DNA of 64,000 nucleotides from an uncultured virus (IMG/VR IMGVR_UViG_3300025133_000039) (taxonomy: Duplodnaviria > Heunggongvirae > Uroviricota > Caudoviricetes): the IMG/VR virus record IMGVR_UViG_3300025133_000039. One strand, written 5' to 3'. Both the position numbers and the translations under genes were made by a program. The notes under the pieces were generated by a model. The model searched no databases and was not told the origin of the DNA. It worked only from the letters and a program-made list of their open reading frames with translations. The first letter of the stretch is position 1, and every line of letters begins with the position of its first letter. Of this stretch, positions 46,639 to 57,600 are shown one piece after another.

Positions 46639-47529
46639 CTATTCCCCCCACTGAAGTGGATGAACTTCTAGAAGCTCATTATAAACTTTGGCGCCTTCGG
46701 CGTTCAGTCGAATGTACTCATCTTCGCCCGTGATATCACTGGAGAGTGTGTCGTAGTACAGTCGCTCACTATCACTATCGTTTAGCGGGAAGGAGCGGAC
46801 TCGTTGCCAATTCAATTCGTAAGGAAACTGCCGAGCAGAGAAATGACAAAAACTGCGAGCCTCTTCATGAGAGTACACAATCCCGTTGTCAGAGTCCACG
46901 TAGAAGTCCCCGTTACTGGATAGATCTGCCAAAGAGTTCTTGGCCGAATCAAAGACTGGAGTAGCGTTGAAGGAGATAGTCCTTAAGAACTTAACTCCCA
47001 GGTTGTTCATCTTGGTTGCGGCTAGCTCCACGCCGGAATAGTACCTATCGGTCGAACCGAATCTCAATCGGAAGGACTTTAAGTACTCAACCTCGCTCAA
47101 GGGAGCGAGGTATTCTACGCTTAACCAAGGTAGACCTAATAGCGCGCTGAAGACATCTGTAAGCAGGTTGCTGTCTCCGTGCTCGGAGATGTCCAGATCT
47201 ACAACTAGGCTGTCGTTTGCATAGTCATCCCAAACCTTAAACCTTGACGAAGAAACCTCAATGCGAGGATCCGCGACGGGCATACTACCGTCAGGTGTAA
47301 GCACTAAGTCAATCTTGAGAATCTTTCTGTCGAGCGCGTTTACCATTCGTCCTGCAGTTCGGATGAAGCCATCGGTAGTCGCATCCGGCGGATCTCTAAG
47401 CTGGAAAAGGACTCGACGCCTATACTCGGCCATAGATTCAGACTTGAGCCGGGGCATACCTACACCGATACCCACCTCATCAAAAGCGGTTCCGAGAAGG
47501 AAGGGCTGCGGTGTATATGAGTTAGGCAT
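46639..47529 (-). CDS. putative baseplate wedge protein
   Basis: FDEVG...MPRLKSESMAEYRRRV motif typical of wedge proteins; follows baseplate J. Confidence 0.5.
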   Translation of the reverse strand: MPNSYTPQPFLLGTAFDEVGIGVGMPRLKSESMAEYRRRVLFQLRDPPDATTDGFIRTAGRMVNALDRKILKIDLVLTPDGSMPVADPRIEVSSSRFKVWDDYANDSLVVDLDISEHGDSNLLTDVFSALLGLPWLSVEYLAPLSEVEYLKSFRLRFGSTDRYYSGVELAATKMNNLGVKFLRTISFNATPVFDSAKNSLADLSSNGDFYVDSDNGIVYSHEEARSFCHFSARQFPYELNWQRVRSFPLNDSDSERLYYDTLSSDITGEDEYIRLNAEGAKVYNELLEVHPLQWGE

Positions 47530-49114
47530 AAGTCACAGTCACATTGCTGTAGGGTCGTCGGAAGTAGAGTGTCTGGTAGTCAGTATCTACGAAGTAGGTA
47601 TCCGGTGCCGGATCGTACTTAGTATAGCTGCCCGGAAGTGTCAAAGCTAGAAGCCCGTCCTTGTCGAAGAACATGTCTTCTGCTCCAGGTAGCGGTCCAG
47701 GGATATCCTTCTTAGAGGTGTTGGACTCAACATACACTGCGGTATGCGAGATAAACACATCTGTGAGTCCCTGCAGCTCTACTTCGCAGTAGAAGTTCCA
47801 CTGCCCAAGCTCGTCGAAGGTATTCGTGAACTTAAAGTCTGTCCAGCTTTCTTCTGGTCGCCTTGCAGTATTATCTCCGAAGAAGTCGAAGCTGCCACCA
47901 ACCCAAAGCCCCAAGTCATTTAGATACTCTGTATTACCAGAGGGGTTAATGCGTCGAATACGTACCTTCTTGATTGGCGCTCTCAAAATGCGGAACCAAG
48001 TCCACATCGGTAGCTCTTCACCGAACCTTGCACGATGCCTAAGGGGAATGACCTGTACGTAGTGCTCAAAGGTTGACTCCTCCGGAGGAACCTCGAACTG
48101 AGTAAGGCCTATGTCGTGAACATGGATACCTCCAGCATTGTCCAGGACCCAGAGGCTCCCGTCATACGGACTGATATCGAAAGAGATTGGCTGATAAGGG
48201 GTCTCGGTAGTATCAAGCATCTGCTGCCAGGATAGCTCGTCTTCGAAATCCTGGAGCGCTAACTCGATGGTGGGTCTCCGGTAGGACTTGCCCTGGACCA
48301 CGAATCTTTGCGCGGTCTGCAGATAGTTGGTACCACCGTAGTCTACGAGCTTGTAAAGGGCGGGACCCTCTCTCTCTGGGGTGACTGCAGCCCTGAAAGG
48401 GTCTTTCCGGTCGAGGCCCATTAGCCTCGACCCTAGATAGACTTCTACAGTTCCATTGAAGCCAACGAAAACTGGCTGTGCAGTAAGCGCTGAGAAGATA
48501 TCGTTAGTTTTGAAAACCCCATCATCTGAAATGCTAACAATCTCGTCAATCCATAGACCGTTAAGATCTTCTCCTTGGAGATAGACGTAAGCGATACCAT
48601 GGAATCCAGGGATTTCGTTTTGAAGATCATAGAGGGTACTACCTTGGACGCTAATCGTTAGGTGGTCCGGCTCTTCAATAGAAGCAGGCGTCCCAGGCGC
48701 AGCGCTTGTCCACAGAAGCCAGCTAGTTACATTGTGCGCGCCGTCTTCAGTCAGAGTATTTGGAAGCGCCGTAAAGAAGTTCTCAAAGAACTCTGCACGA
48801 ACCAAAGTAATTGTAGAGCTGTCAATATCTCCCGTAACTACATCCGGGTATACAAAACCACTACTTCCATCAGAGTCCTCTTCGAAGACAACGTAGTCCT
48901 CTTCAAGCAGGGGTACCTGGAACAGTTGACCCTGCCCAAGGTCTTGACCCAGGACATCGTCAACTGCCAGAAGCTTAATGTCTTCGACTAGCGCCTGCTC
49001 GTAGTAGTTTGCCCATACAGAAAGCATCCTCTGGCCGACGGACGAAGGGTCTTGCCTAAGTCGAGTCCAGAAGGGGAAATTGTTGGCTAGTCTCTGGGTT
49101 AGCCATCCTTTCAT
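47522..49114 (-). CDS. putative baseplate protein (530 aa)
   Basis: ATGA-coupled directly downstream of baseplate J. Confidence 0.5.
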   Translation of the reverse strand: MKGWLTQRLANNFPFWTRLRQDPSSVGQRMLSVWANYYEQALVEDIKLLAVDDVLGQDLGQGQLFQVPLLEEDYVVFEEDSDGSSGFVYPDVVTGDIDSSTITLVRAEFFENFFTALPNTLTEDGAHNVTSWLLWTSAAPGTPASIEEPDHLTISVQGSTLYDLQNEIPGFHGIAYVYLQGEDLNGLWIDEIVSISDDGVFKTNDIFSALTAQPVFVGFNGTVEVYLGSRLMGLDRKDPFRAAVTPEREGPALYKLVDYGGTNYLQTAQRFVVQGKSYRRPTIELALQDFEDELSWQQMLDTTETPYQPISFDISPYDGSLWVLDNAGGIHVHDIGLTQFEVPPEESTFEHYVQVIPLRHRARFGEELPMWTWFRILRAPIKKVRIRRINPSGNTEYLNDLGLWVGGSFDFFGDNTARRPEESWTDFKFTNTFDELGQWNFYCEVELQGLTDVFISHTAVYVESNTSKKDIPGPLPGAEDMFFDKDGLLALTLPGSYTKYDPAPDTYFVDTDYQTLYFRRPYSNVTVTYA

Positions 49115-50355
49115 GTCACCGATACCTTAAACTGAAGGGAGAGCGAGCCTAGTGTGGCGAACTCATCTTCTGAGAGGGAGTAAGTGTCCGTATCAAGCGT
49201 AACTCTGTCAGAGAGAGTTAGGGAGGTTCCATACCCTCTGCGAACGAAGACTTTATTGAACAAGCTGTCACGCCCTTGTGCGGTTGTGACAGCAAAGAGA
49301 TCTCTGTTCTCTCGCAAGAGGAAGTCTCGCAAGTCCTTAAGATTGATCACGGTCTCAGAAACCTGGGTGCTGAAGTAGCGACGAAAGCTTCTGCGGATAC
49401 CTCGCTCAAGGATAGTCTTCTGCTCCTCACTAAGAGCTTCTCTTGTAAGTAGCTGCATGTCGAAGTCTAGAGTTACAACCACCCCTGGAATCGCTACGGC
49501 TTTCAAACCCGGAGCTGCCATACCTAGTAGATTCTCCTGAACCTGGCTAACCATGCGGCTCGTAGAGAAGCCTTCAGCTCCGAATACAATTACTCCGCTA
49601 GTGCCGATACCAAGGTATCCAGGAATTACTCGTACGTCTAGAACTCCCGGAACAACCAGGCCATCAAGCTTAAGCTTTGCCGCATTAGAAGTTCTAATAG
49701 AGGGGAAGTGCTGGCTTAGTCGGAACCTGAACTGATCGTCAGTCTCCTTGTCTCTAGCATTGATAATCGAGAATACATTCGTACACTTCAGTGTCTGGTT
49801 GGCGGCGTCCGTGTAACCAGTGAAGTTGTGAGTCTCAAGAACCGCCGCGCCTACGTTCTGAGAACTACCAGCAGCTCGGGCTCTTGCGCTAATGAAAGCA
49901 AAGGTCTCACCTGCTAGGAGCGTTGTATCTTCAAGTACAACATACTCAACTGCAGAAACTCCTGCATCGTTTGGCGTAGACGAGATGGTACTCCCTGCTG
50001 TAAGCAGGATATCCGCGCCACCATTAATTGAACCAAAGGTGCCGCCACCTTCTACAAAGAAGGTAAGGCTGCTTTCAAAACGATTAACTTCGGCAAAAGT
50101 TGCCTGTAGTCGAGACAAGCCTTTTCGCTTGTTTCCTACGTTATCAAGGTCTCTAGCTTTCGCGGTGGTTAGCTGGTTGCCAAGAAATGCGGTGCGAGTA
50201 GAGTTTCTGTCATCGATAATCTGTCGAGACAAAACATCAACGAGAGAGCGAGTCGCAGTGTCTGCGCCAAGATTGGTCAACCCCACTCGCGAACCAAGAC
50301 GAGCCTGGAAGTCAGCTAGAGTCTCCGTAAAATTCTTTAGTACTGGAAGTGCCAT
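49111..50355 (-). CDS. baseplate J-like wedge protein
   Basis: Motifs TAKARDLDNVG...LSR, AGSSQNV, ETDDQFRFR and VPGV.DV. Confidence 0.85.
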   Translation of the reverse strand: MALPVLKNFTETLADFQARLGSRVGLTNLGADTATRSLVDVLSRQIIDDRNSTRTAFLGNQLTTAKARDLDNVGNKRKGLSRLQATFAEVNRFESSLTFFVEGGGTFGSINGGADILLTAGSTISSTPNDAGVSAVEYVVLEDTTLLAGETFAFISARARAAGSSQNVGAAVLETHNFTGYTDAANQTLKCTNVFSIINARDKETDDQFRFRLSQHFPSIRTSNAAKLKLDGLVVPGVLDVRVIPGYLGIGTSGVIVFGAEGFSTSRMVSQVQENLLGMAAPGLKAVAIPGVVVTLDFDMQLLTREALSEEQKTILERGIRRSFRRYFSTQVSETVINLKDLRDFLLRENRDLFAVTTAQGRDSLFNKVFVRRGYGTSLTLSDRVTLDTDTYSLSEDEFATLGSLSLQFKVSVT

Positions 50356-50362
50356 GTGCCCT

Positions 50363-50791
50363 CTAGATGTTGCGTGGAATCAACCGGTTATTTCTTAGGT
50401 CGTATGTAAACTGAATCAAGATGGGCTCCTCTGCAGTTGTTCGGACTACAATTAAGAGGATAACCTCGTGCTCTGAAAGTGGAAAGACCTGAACGTCCAG
50501 GTCTGCTGCTCGAACCAGCCCACCTCTTAGAAGCTCATCTGCAACTCTGTTCTTAAGCGCCTCGCCTGTCTCTCTCGTATTAGGCTTGCCAATGAAGTCA
50601 GCCATGTTTGCACCAAGTTCAGGCTGTAAAGCCCAGTCACCTGACGAACTCATAATACGCTTTAGAATAGACTGAATGAAAGCTCTGTGTTCAAAGCTGT
50701 CTGTAACTTCTAGGTCTCCGTTAGGGGCGACTCGAAAGTCGCCGTCCGTAGAGAAGAATAAGTCTCTAAGTGTTGAGTAATCAAAAGCCAT
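50363..50791 (-). CDS. gp25/GPW-like baseplate wedge subunit
   Basis: GDLEV...QSILKRIMS..GDWALQPELGANMADFIG; immediately upstream of baseplate J. Confidence 0.75.
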   Translation of the reverse strand: MAFDYSTLRDLFFSTDGDFRVAPNGDLEVTDSFEHRAFIQSILKRIMSSSGDWALQPELGANMADFIGKPNTRETGEALKNRVADELLRGGLVRAADLDVQVFPLSEHEVILLIVVRTTAEEPILIQFTYDLRNNRLIPRNI

Positions 50792-50792
50792 C

Positions 50793-51137
50793 TTAAAATG
50801 CCATCGCCTTCAGCAGGTTGCCAATGTTTTCAAGCAAATTGAGAATAGGCTCTAGGGGAATTTTTGGAATCTGAGTCGGAGGGGAAGTCGGACCACCAAT
50901 TGCTGACATAGGGTACGGGGTATCTTGGACCATGGCCCCAAATGTCGGAGCAATAGAGCCAAAAGCGATCTTTGACGGCAGACCTCCCTGGAGAGTAATG
51001 CCATCCTCGCTAACAGATACAAACGTCTTGTCGCTTCCACCAATACGAATCTCGTCTTCAAAGACTGAGATGTTCGCTTTGACATCAGGATGATAGAAGA
51101 GCTTAAAGATCTTTGCTGGTCTTTGACTATCGGTCAT
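50793..51137 (-). CDS. hypothetical baseplate/spike-associated protein
   Basis: Lies between the hub-like and gp25-like genes. Confidence 0.45.
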   Translation of the reverse strand: MTDSQRPAKIFKLFYHPDVKANISVFEDEIRIGGSDKTFVSVSEDGITLQGGLPSKIAFGSIAPTFGAMVQDTPYPMSAIGGPTSPPTQIPKIPLEPILNLLENIGNLLKAMAF

Positions 51138-51652
51138 TACTGCTTAGGTCCAATCTTTTCAAAACTCTCACTGAGCGCTTTAATTTCCTTCAGGATGTTC
51201 GCACTACTAATCCCGGAAATGGGTCCAACGGGATTGAATACCTTAGTGTGCGAAGCTGAGTGTGCTTGCCGCTGCTCAAATACGGGCTCAAAGCGCACGG
51301 AACCTCTTTGCATTTCTGATGGAGTACTACCCTTGTATTGAATCTTGCAGCGCTTTCCAATAAGCGCTGCAGGGTTTCCGTAGTTTGTATACAGCTCATG
51401 ATCTGTATATCCAAATCGAACACGGATTCGAGCATTGCCATACTGCTTAGGTAGCTCGACCTCTGCCCAAATGTGACCAACCTGCTCTACGGCGTCCGCT
51501 TCGAGATCTGAATCAGGAGGCCCGAGGACTCCCACAACCTTGCAGCGACCGACTTCACGAAGATGATCCTGAACAGGATAGCCCTGATCAAAACTAGCCT
51601 TGGTCGCACGACGACCGTGAGCACTTCTTCTGTCTGCGGGAGTCATAGTCAT
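51137..51652 (-). CDS. hypothetical baseplate-associated protein
   Basis: Coupled ORF downstream of the giant hub-like gene. Confidence 0.45.
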   Translation of the reverse strand: MTMTPADRRSAHGRRATKASFDQGYPVQDHLREVGRCKVVGVLGPPDSDLEADAVEQVGHIWAEVELPKQYGNARIRVRFGYTDHELYTNYGNPAALIGKRCKIQYKGSTPSEMQRGSVRFEPVFEQRQAHSASHTKVFNPVGPISGISSANILKEIKALSESFEKIGPKQ

Positions 51653-51653
51653 C

Positions 51654-54600
51654 TTACGAACCTGTCATGTTTGAGTGTTCAGCATTGCCAATTCGGCGCC
51701 AACCAGCCATTCCGTAACGCTTCCATTCTGAGATAAGATCACGCGTTCCACCGATTGTATCATCAACAGCATTCACTACGTTACCCTGAATGTTCTTCCA
51801 CATCATCATCGGGTCCTTGTAAGAAAGGCCAGCCACGATAGGAATGCCATTCTTCTGCAGCGGAATAACGCTCACAGCCTCTTCTTTAGAAACCTGGGCA
51901 AAGAGGATCGGTGCAGCGATGAACCAAGCCAAGCCTGGGTTATCGAAACTATCCCTTATCCAGTTTGCGGAGTCAAGGACTGCGGTTGCACCAAGGGCGC
52001 CCGCAGCTGCATTACCCTTAGAGCTGCTAAACCTGCTAGCTCCACCGAGCATACCTCTCCAGAGGCTTTGGCCAGAAGCATTACTCCAGCCCCATTTTAG
52101 AGCCTTGCCGCTCAGCCCGCCCACAGCTCTAAAAGCTCCGTAACCAAGAAAGGCTGTACCGACTGTAGCCGCAGTAGCTAGCCCACCAACAACCATGGTC
52201 TCGCTCGGCCTCTTAGCTAGCTCATCTTCTGGAAGGGTATCCATGATCTGCTGAATAAAATCAGGAGGAACGATCTCGTTCAACTTCTCTTCAAGATGCT
52301 CTCTGTAGCGAGGCGATGGCTTCTCTAGACCATCGATTGCCTGGAGCACTCTCTCTGAGAAGCTTTCTTCGCTAAACCCGAGCCCAGTCTTACCATCCTG
52401 AAAATCCATCACGGCCATGATGTAGAGCTTCATTGCTTCAATGACTGGCCAGGTGGAAATCTCGTTGCCGAACACAATGGCGTTCGGCTTAATTTCGGTT
52501 AGGAAGCCAGTCTCATGAGACATCATATGAGTCACGCGCTCTACCTCAACTGGGCCAATCATATCGTGGTAGTTATCCATTAGGAAGCAAATGTCCCACG
52601 GGCGAATACGCGGATTACCAAGAACGAGAATCTCGCCCCTGTACATCTGGCGCAAGCCATACATTAGGGAAGCTTGCCCATATCTAAGAGCCATGTGATA
52701 GCCCTTGAGGTTCGGATAGTACACAGGAACCATTCGCACCATTGAATCAGGCATTAGTGAGGACGCCTTCATGGTTACGGACTTCGTAGGCGAATTCTTA
52801 GAGTCTGGGTCTCCATCACGAAATTGGACGCTTACAGCGTTAGCCACATTGTGCTCGCTGCCCATCAGCCCATTGTGAACAATATCAGTGTCCGAGCTAA
52901 GTAGGTGGTACCTGCGGAACGGAACAAACCTCAACTCAAGACCCTTCAGGTACTCCCTTAAAGTCTTGTTAGTCATTCGAGTTACAAGAGATAGCTGTAC
53001 AGACTTCTCCAGGTCTTCGAAGGAAAGGCTCTGGGCCGGCATGCCAAGCTCATCACCTTCTGGCTGCAGTTCTCCAGCTGTATCGGAAAGAATCCTGTCA
53101 TAAGCTGCCTGACCGTAAAGCGTAATGAACTTTCTCTCATCAATTTCGCCACTGTCGAGGAACTCTCTCAGAGAGTTGATTCGGTTGATGAATCCATTCG
53201 AAGCAGGCTTCGACCAGAAGCGCTGCGAAGGTACACCAAAGAACATCGTATAACGGAACTTGCGGCCATAAGGGCGCGCTCCGTACACCCACCCTGGGTG
53301 ACGCAAAGACATCTCGTGGAACATGTCCCAAATCGTGGCGTTGATCGGAGTGTACTCACACTCTCCGGGGGTTACTCGCTTGTCTAGATGCCACTTCTCA
53401 GGGTTCGCCCACTTCTGATACCACTTGCTTACCTCAGAAACTGCGTTGCCTTTCCCGAAGACTGTCGAAGCAATACCGTGTAAGGAGAATCGCCCAACAA
53501 CATCGAAGAACCCAAGACGCTTATAGTCCATATAGTCTTTCGGAGAAGGCGGGAATAGGTTGTCATCCTGAGGGGAGAGCATCAGGGAGACCTGGGTTCT
53601 GGTGTACCACTCCTTTACATCTTTGATTGCCTTATTCTTCAGTGGCGAGAGCATCGAGGCCCCCACATTAAGAGTCGCTCCAGCGGCGAAGATAACTGCT
53701 CCGGAGCGAACAACTCGACCAAACTGAGTCCCAACTGCCCCAGCTGCCTGCCACGCCATACGGAAGCCACCAGACTGCCAAAAGCCAGCCCCTAGTGGGG
53801 CAAGAGCCTTGTACCCGATAGCAGCTCTCACAGCGGCTGAACGGTTTACACCAACCAGCAGGTTAGCCATAGCCTTTGTGGCTACTGCTTGGGCAGCTGG
53901 TGAGGCACCAGGGGTAGTTAGAATCTGTGCAGCCCTCAAAACAATTTTTCTATTTGCTCTGGTTAGTCCAAGGAAAGCAGCGCGAGTGGTAATACCATTC
54001 CTTAAGAGGAACGAACGAACACTTCCAGTCTTTGCTCCAGCAGCTAGGCCTGAAGCAGTAGCTGTTCGAATGGAGTTCGCAACTCCAGCCTCGGTAACGC
54101 CAGCCTTAAGGGCTGCCGACCTCGCTGCGCCGACGCCAGCTCGTCCACCACCACCTAAGATAAACCTTCCGGCTCTTCCTAGAAGCGCCCCGCCACCAAA
54201 GCGGGCTGCGATTACAGAGAGACCTGTACCAATTGCAAGAGTTGCTACTGGGTGATGGCTAATCCATCGACCCAGTCTCTGGGTAAAGCCGAACTGTCCG
54301 TTCCATGTACCCCTTGTGTAATCCACAAAGTCGAGACGAGAATCAGTTGATTCTCCATACTGATACAGCTGACCAAACTCCCAGCGCCCAAAGTGTTTAA
54401 GCTCAGGCTCAAGCATCAAGGAGCCTAGCAGTTTATGGGTACTCTGATATACATCAACCTCTGCACCCTCAGACTCAAACTCTCTACGCCCTTTTAGAAT
54501 CTGTACCAGTTCGGTACCGAAAGACTGCACTACGATTTCGGCTAGGTCTCCAGCCTGAGTCCAAACAACATCAACTACTCGTCCAGAGATAAGCACCTCT

Positions 54601-57600
54601 AGAGCATTCGGATCATCCGAATAGCCAGCACGCAACTGCACGTTCAGTCCAGGTCGTAGAACTACTGCTCCAAAAGGCTGGTCATTAGCCGAAGTCAACT
54701 GGATTGGAGAATCCCCGCGAACTCTCGCTGAAGGCTTCTCTGCCTGAATCTTGTCAGTCTTTTCTCGGTCAAAGTAGTCTAGGTCGGTAACTACATTTCG
54801 CTTTGTGCCATCCAGCGTACCTGCAATGTTCTGAAGAACAATAATCGCAGTGTCTGCAGGGTGGTTTCTATCCAAGCTAACGTTGAACTCTTTTACTCCG
54901 TTGTAAGAATAGAAATCATCGAAGTTCAGGAACCTACTCTCATTCTCATCCTCTTCAACAAACATTAGTTTAAAGGTGGGGAAAGCACGACGCATGGTTA
55001 GCTTCTCGGAAACGATATCCTTCGAAGAATCAATAGCAAGCTGCTTGAGCGAAGCAGGATCGAAAGCCATTCGGTGAGCGCCTATATGAGACTGTAGCTG
55101 GGTTCCGCGGATTCCACTCGCCACGGCATCTGCAGTGTCTTGGGTGATGTGCTCGCCCAGGTGTCCCTGCTTAGAACCGAAGAAAATCTCAGTATCATTC
55201 ACCTTGTTGACAAGCTCGACGTACTTGCTCGCATCTGCTCTCGGAACATTAGTGTAAAGGGGATTTCCGTCACCAAGTGATAGGAGCGGAGCCAAAGGCT
55301 TGATGTCCTGCTGGAGTGACTTGAGGATATCGACGCGCTTCTTCAAAGCCTTCTTTTTTGCAGAGATAGCCCTCTGTCCCTGGCGACCCTCAGCTGTTCT
55401 GCCAGCGGGAGATGCGCGACCACCACCGGCGGCAGCCCTTTGCTGCTGCTGGGTAAGTTCGTCAATCTTCTTTTCGATCTGAACGATAGCGTTGTCGCCG
55501 CTCTTCAGCCACTCCTGATAGTCTTCTTCTGCGCCAGCATAGAAAGCCTCCTGCATCGGCCCAGCGTCTGCTGAGAACGAGCCGTCCGCATTCATAAACT
55601 GTACTTCGTCACAGCCTTCAGGGTGATGAGTTAGACGATGAAGTAATGCTGACCGCTCAGTGCCCTCATCCATAATCGTAAGCTGCTCGATGTCCTCTGG
55701 ATCTAATCCACCATCAGTCTGCATTTCCTTAAGGTGGCCGTAGGCACCTCTCATTGCGGGTTCAATGCGATCGGCAACCTGGAGGGCTAGAGCCCCCTGA
55801 AGTGCTCCAGGGCCATCTTCGTAAACACTCCACATGTAGAAATCTGGAGAAGTCTGATGTAACTGATCTGGGTAATACGGGTGAGCTGGAAGCTCAAGAT
55901 CCGGATAGCAACCTGCACCCGTCCACTCGTCAGACTCAATGCCTGCTAGTAGCAATTCGTCTAATCCAAAGACCGCCAGGATGGAGCGGTTGGAAAGAAG
56001 CTCATCTGCAAGCTTACTAAGAGCTGCGTGTAGGTAGCGAAGCTTATTCTCTTCAGTTGACTTGCTAACTGGAAGGCCGACAATGACATTGCCATCGCCG
56101 CGCGAAGTTGGCGGCGATGTAATACCGTCGAACATAGAGTCTTCTCGGTCTTGAATCTCCTTGCTTTCAGCTTCGCGTCGCGCAGCAATATCTGGCGCCC
56201 TGCGCTGGATATAGGCCTCGTAAGGTCTAGCCTCTCGGTAGCTTGTGAGCCCGCCCTCAGTAACCTGCTCAATGGGCCCAGCGCCAATATCGTACCAAGC
56301 AACACTCGCCCTGATGCTCTCTGTAACTTCCTCGTAGGAGCGTCTCAGCTTTAGGCCATTCTGGTTGTCTCCAGCGAAAGCCAATCCAGAAAGAAATGGG
56401 ATTTCGTTAAAGATAAACTCTGGCAGGCCTAACTCTAGGTCAAAGAAGCGCATGTATCGACGCACAACGTTGTGCTCAACGTTGACGGCTTCATTCTCTC
56501 GCATAGCCTTGAGGTGTTTCCACTCCTGCCCTTCAGGAACGAACGGCATAGAGATAAGGTCACCGACACCTCTAAGCGCAGTAAACGTAAATCCGCTAAG
56601 TAAATCTTCCAAGGCGTCCTGGCCGGGCGCAACGATCGAGGGGAACTTAGTTCTAAGCTCTCCTCTATCTACGGCAGGCAGAGACCCAACTTCGACAGGA
56701 ATGTTCCAGAAGTCCAAGATTTTCTGGAACTCACTAGTAAGATCTGAATCAGAGAAGTTGCTAAGGCTAGGAACCTCTGACACGAAGCCGGTGTCCTTCC
56801 CAGACATTCTTCCTAGGAAGAGAACCTGAGAGTAGAAGAAGAAGAAACTTCTCCACATGGAGGGCTCGGTATCTGGTAGGTCGTAGAGCTGTTCTGAAAT
56901 AACGCCTTCGTCAAGAGCCTCCTCTAGGTCGGTCTCAGACATGACAAGACGAGCAACCTGCTGGAGCTTATTCAGCGCCTGGTAGTAGTGAGAAAGCTCT
57001 TCCCAGTTAACTGTTCTCAGTTTAGGGTTGTACTCATAAAACCTGGTAGCGTCAACGACTTGTCGCGTAATGCTGCCATCTCGTCCAGCTTCGTATCCAT
57101 TCTCATCGAAATTGGAGCGCTGAATCTGAATCTCTTCTTCGTAAACATGTAAGTCTGGGTTTTGGCTAAAAGACTCCGCAATTGAATTGAGAGAAGTATC
57201 AATACCGTTTCTACCAAGAGTTTGCGCAGGCCTATTGTCGCCTACCTGAGCCGTAGTGCCTCTCTGAGTCGCTGCAGCACTACCACCAGAAGCATTAATT
57301 AAATCAATAAAGAAATTCTGATTTGCATCGCTTCTTCCTAGGCTGTGCTTCAGTTCAGTTCTCTGTCCATGCTTCGAGCCTGTATTCTCTGCAAGCGAAG
57401 TATACTGAAGTACTTCTGTGTTCCTCCGCGAGCTTGACTCAGCTAGAGTCGCAAACTTGGGATTTTGAGAAAGCGTATCTACTGTTGAGGCATCGAGCTT
57501 GTTAGCAAGAGCCAGCAGCGCAGCCGTCTCGCCCTCATCCGAGAGGGCGAGACTATCTAGAGCGTGCAGGATTTCCTTGCGACGAACATTGAGATCGTCG

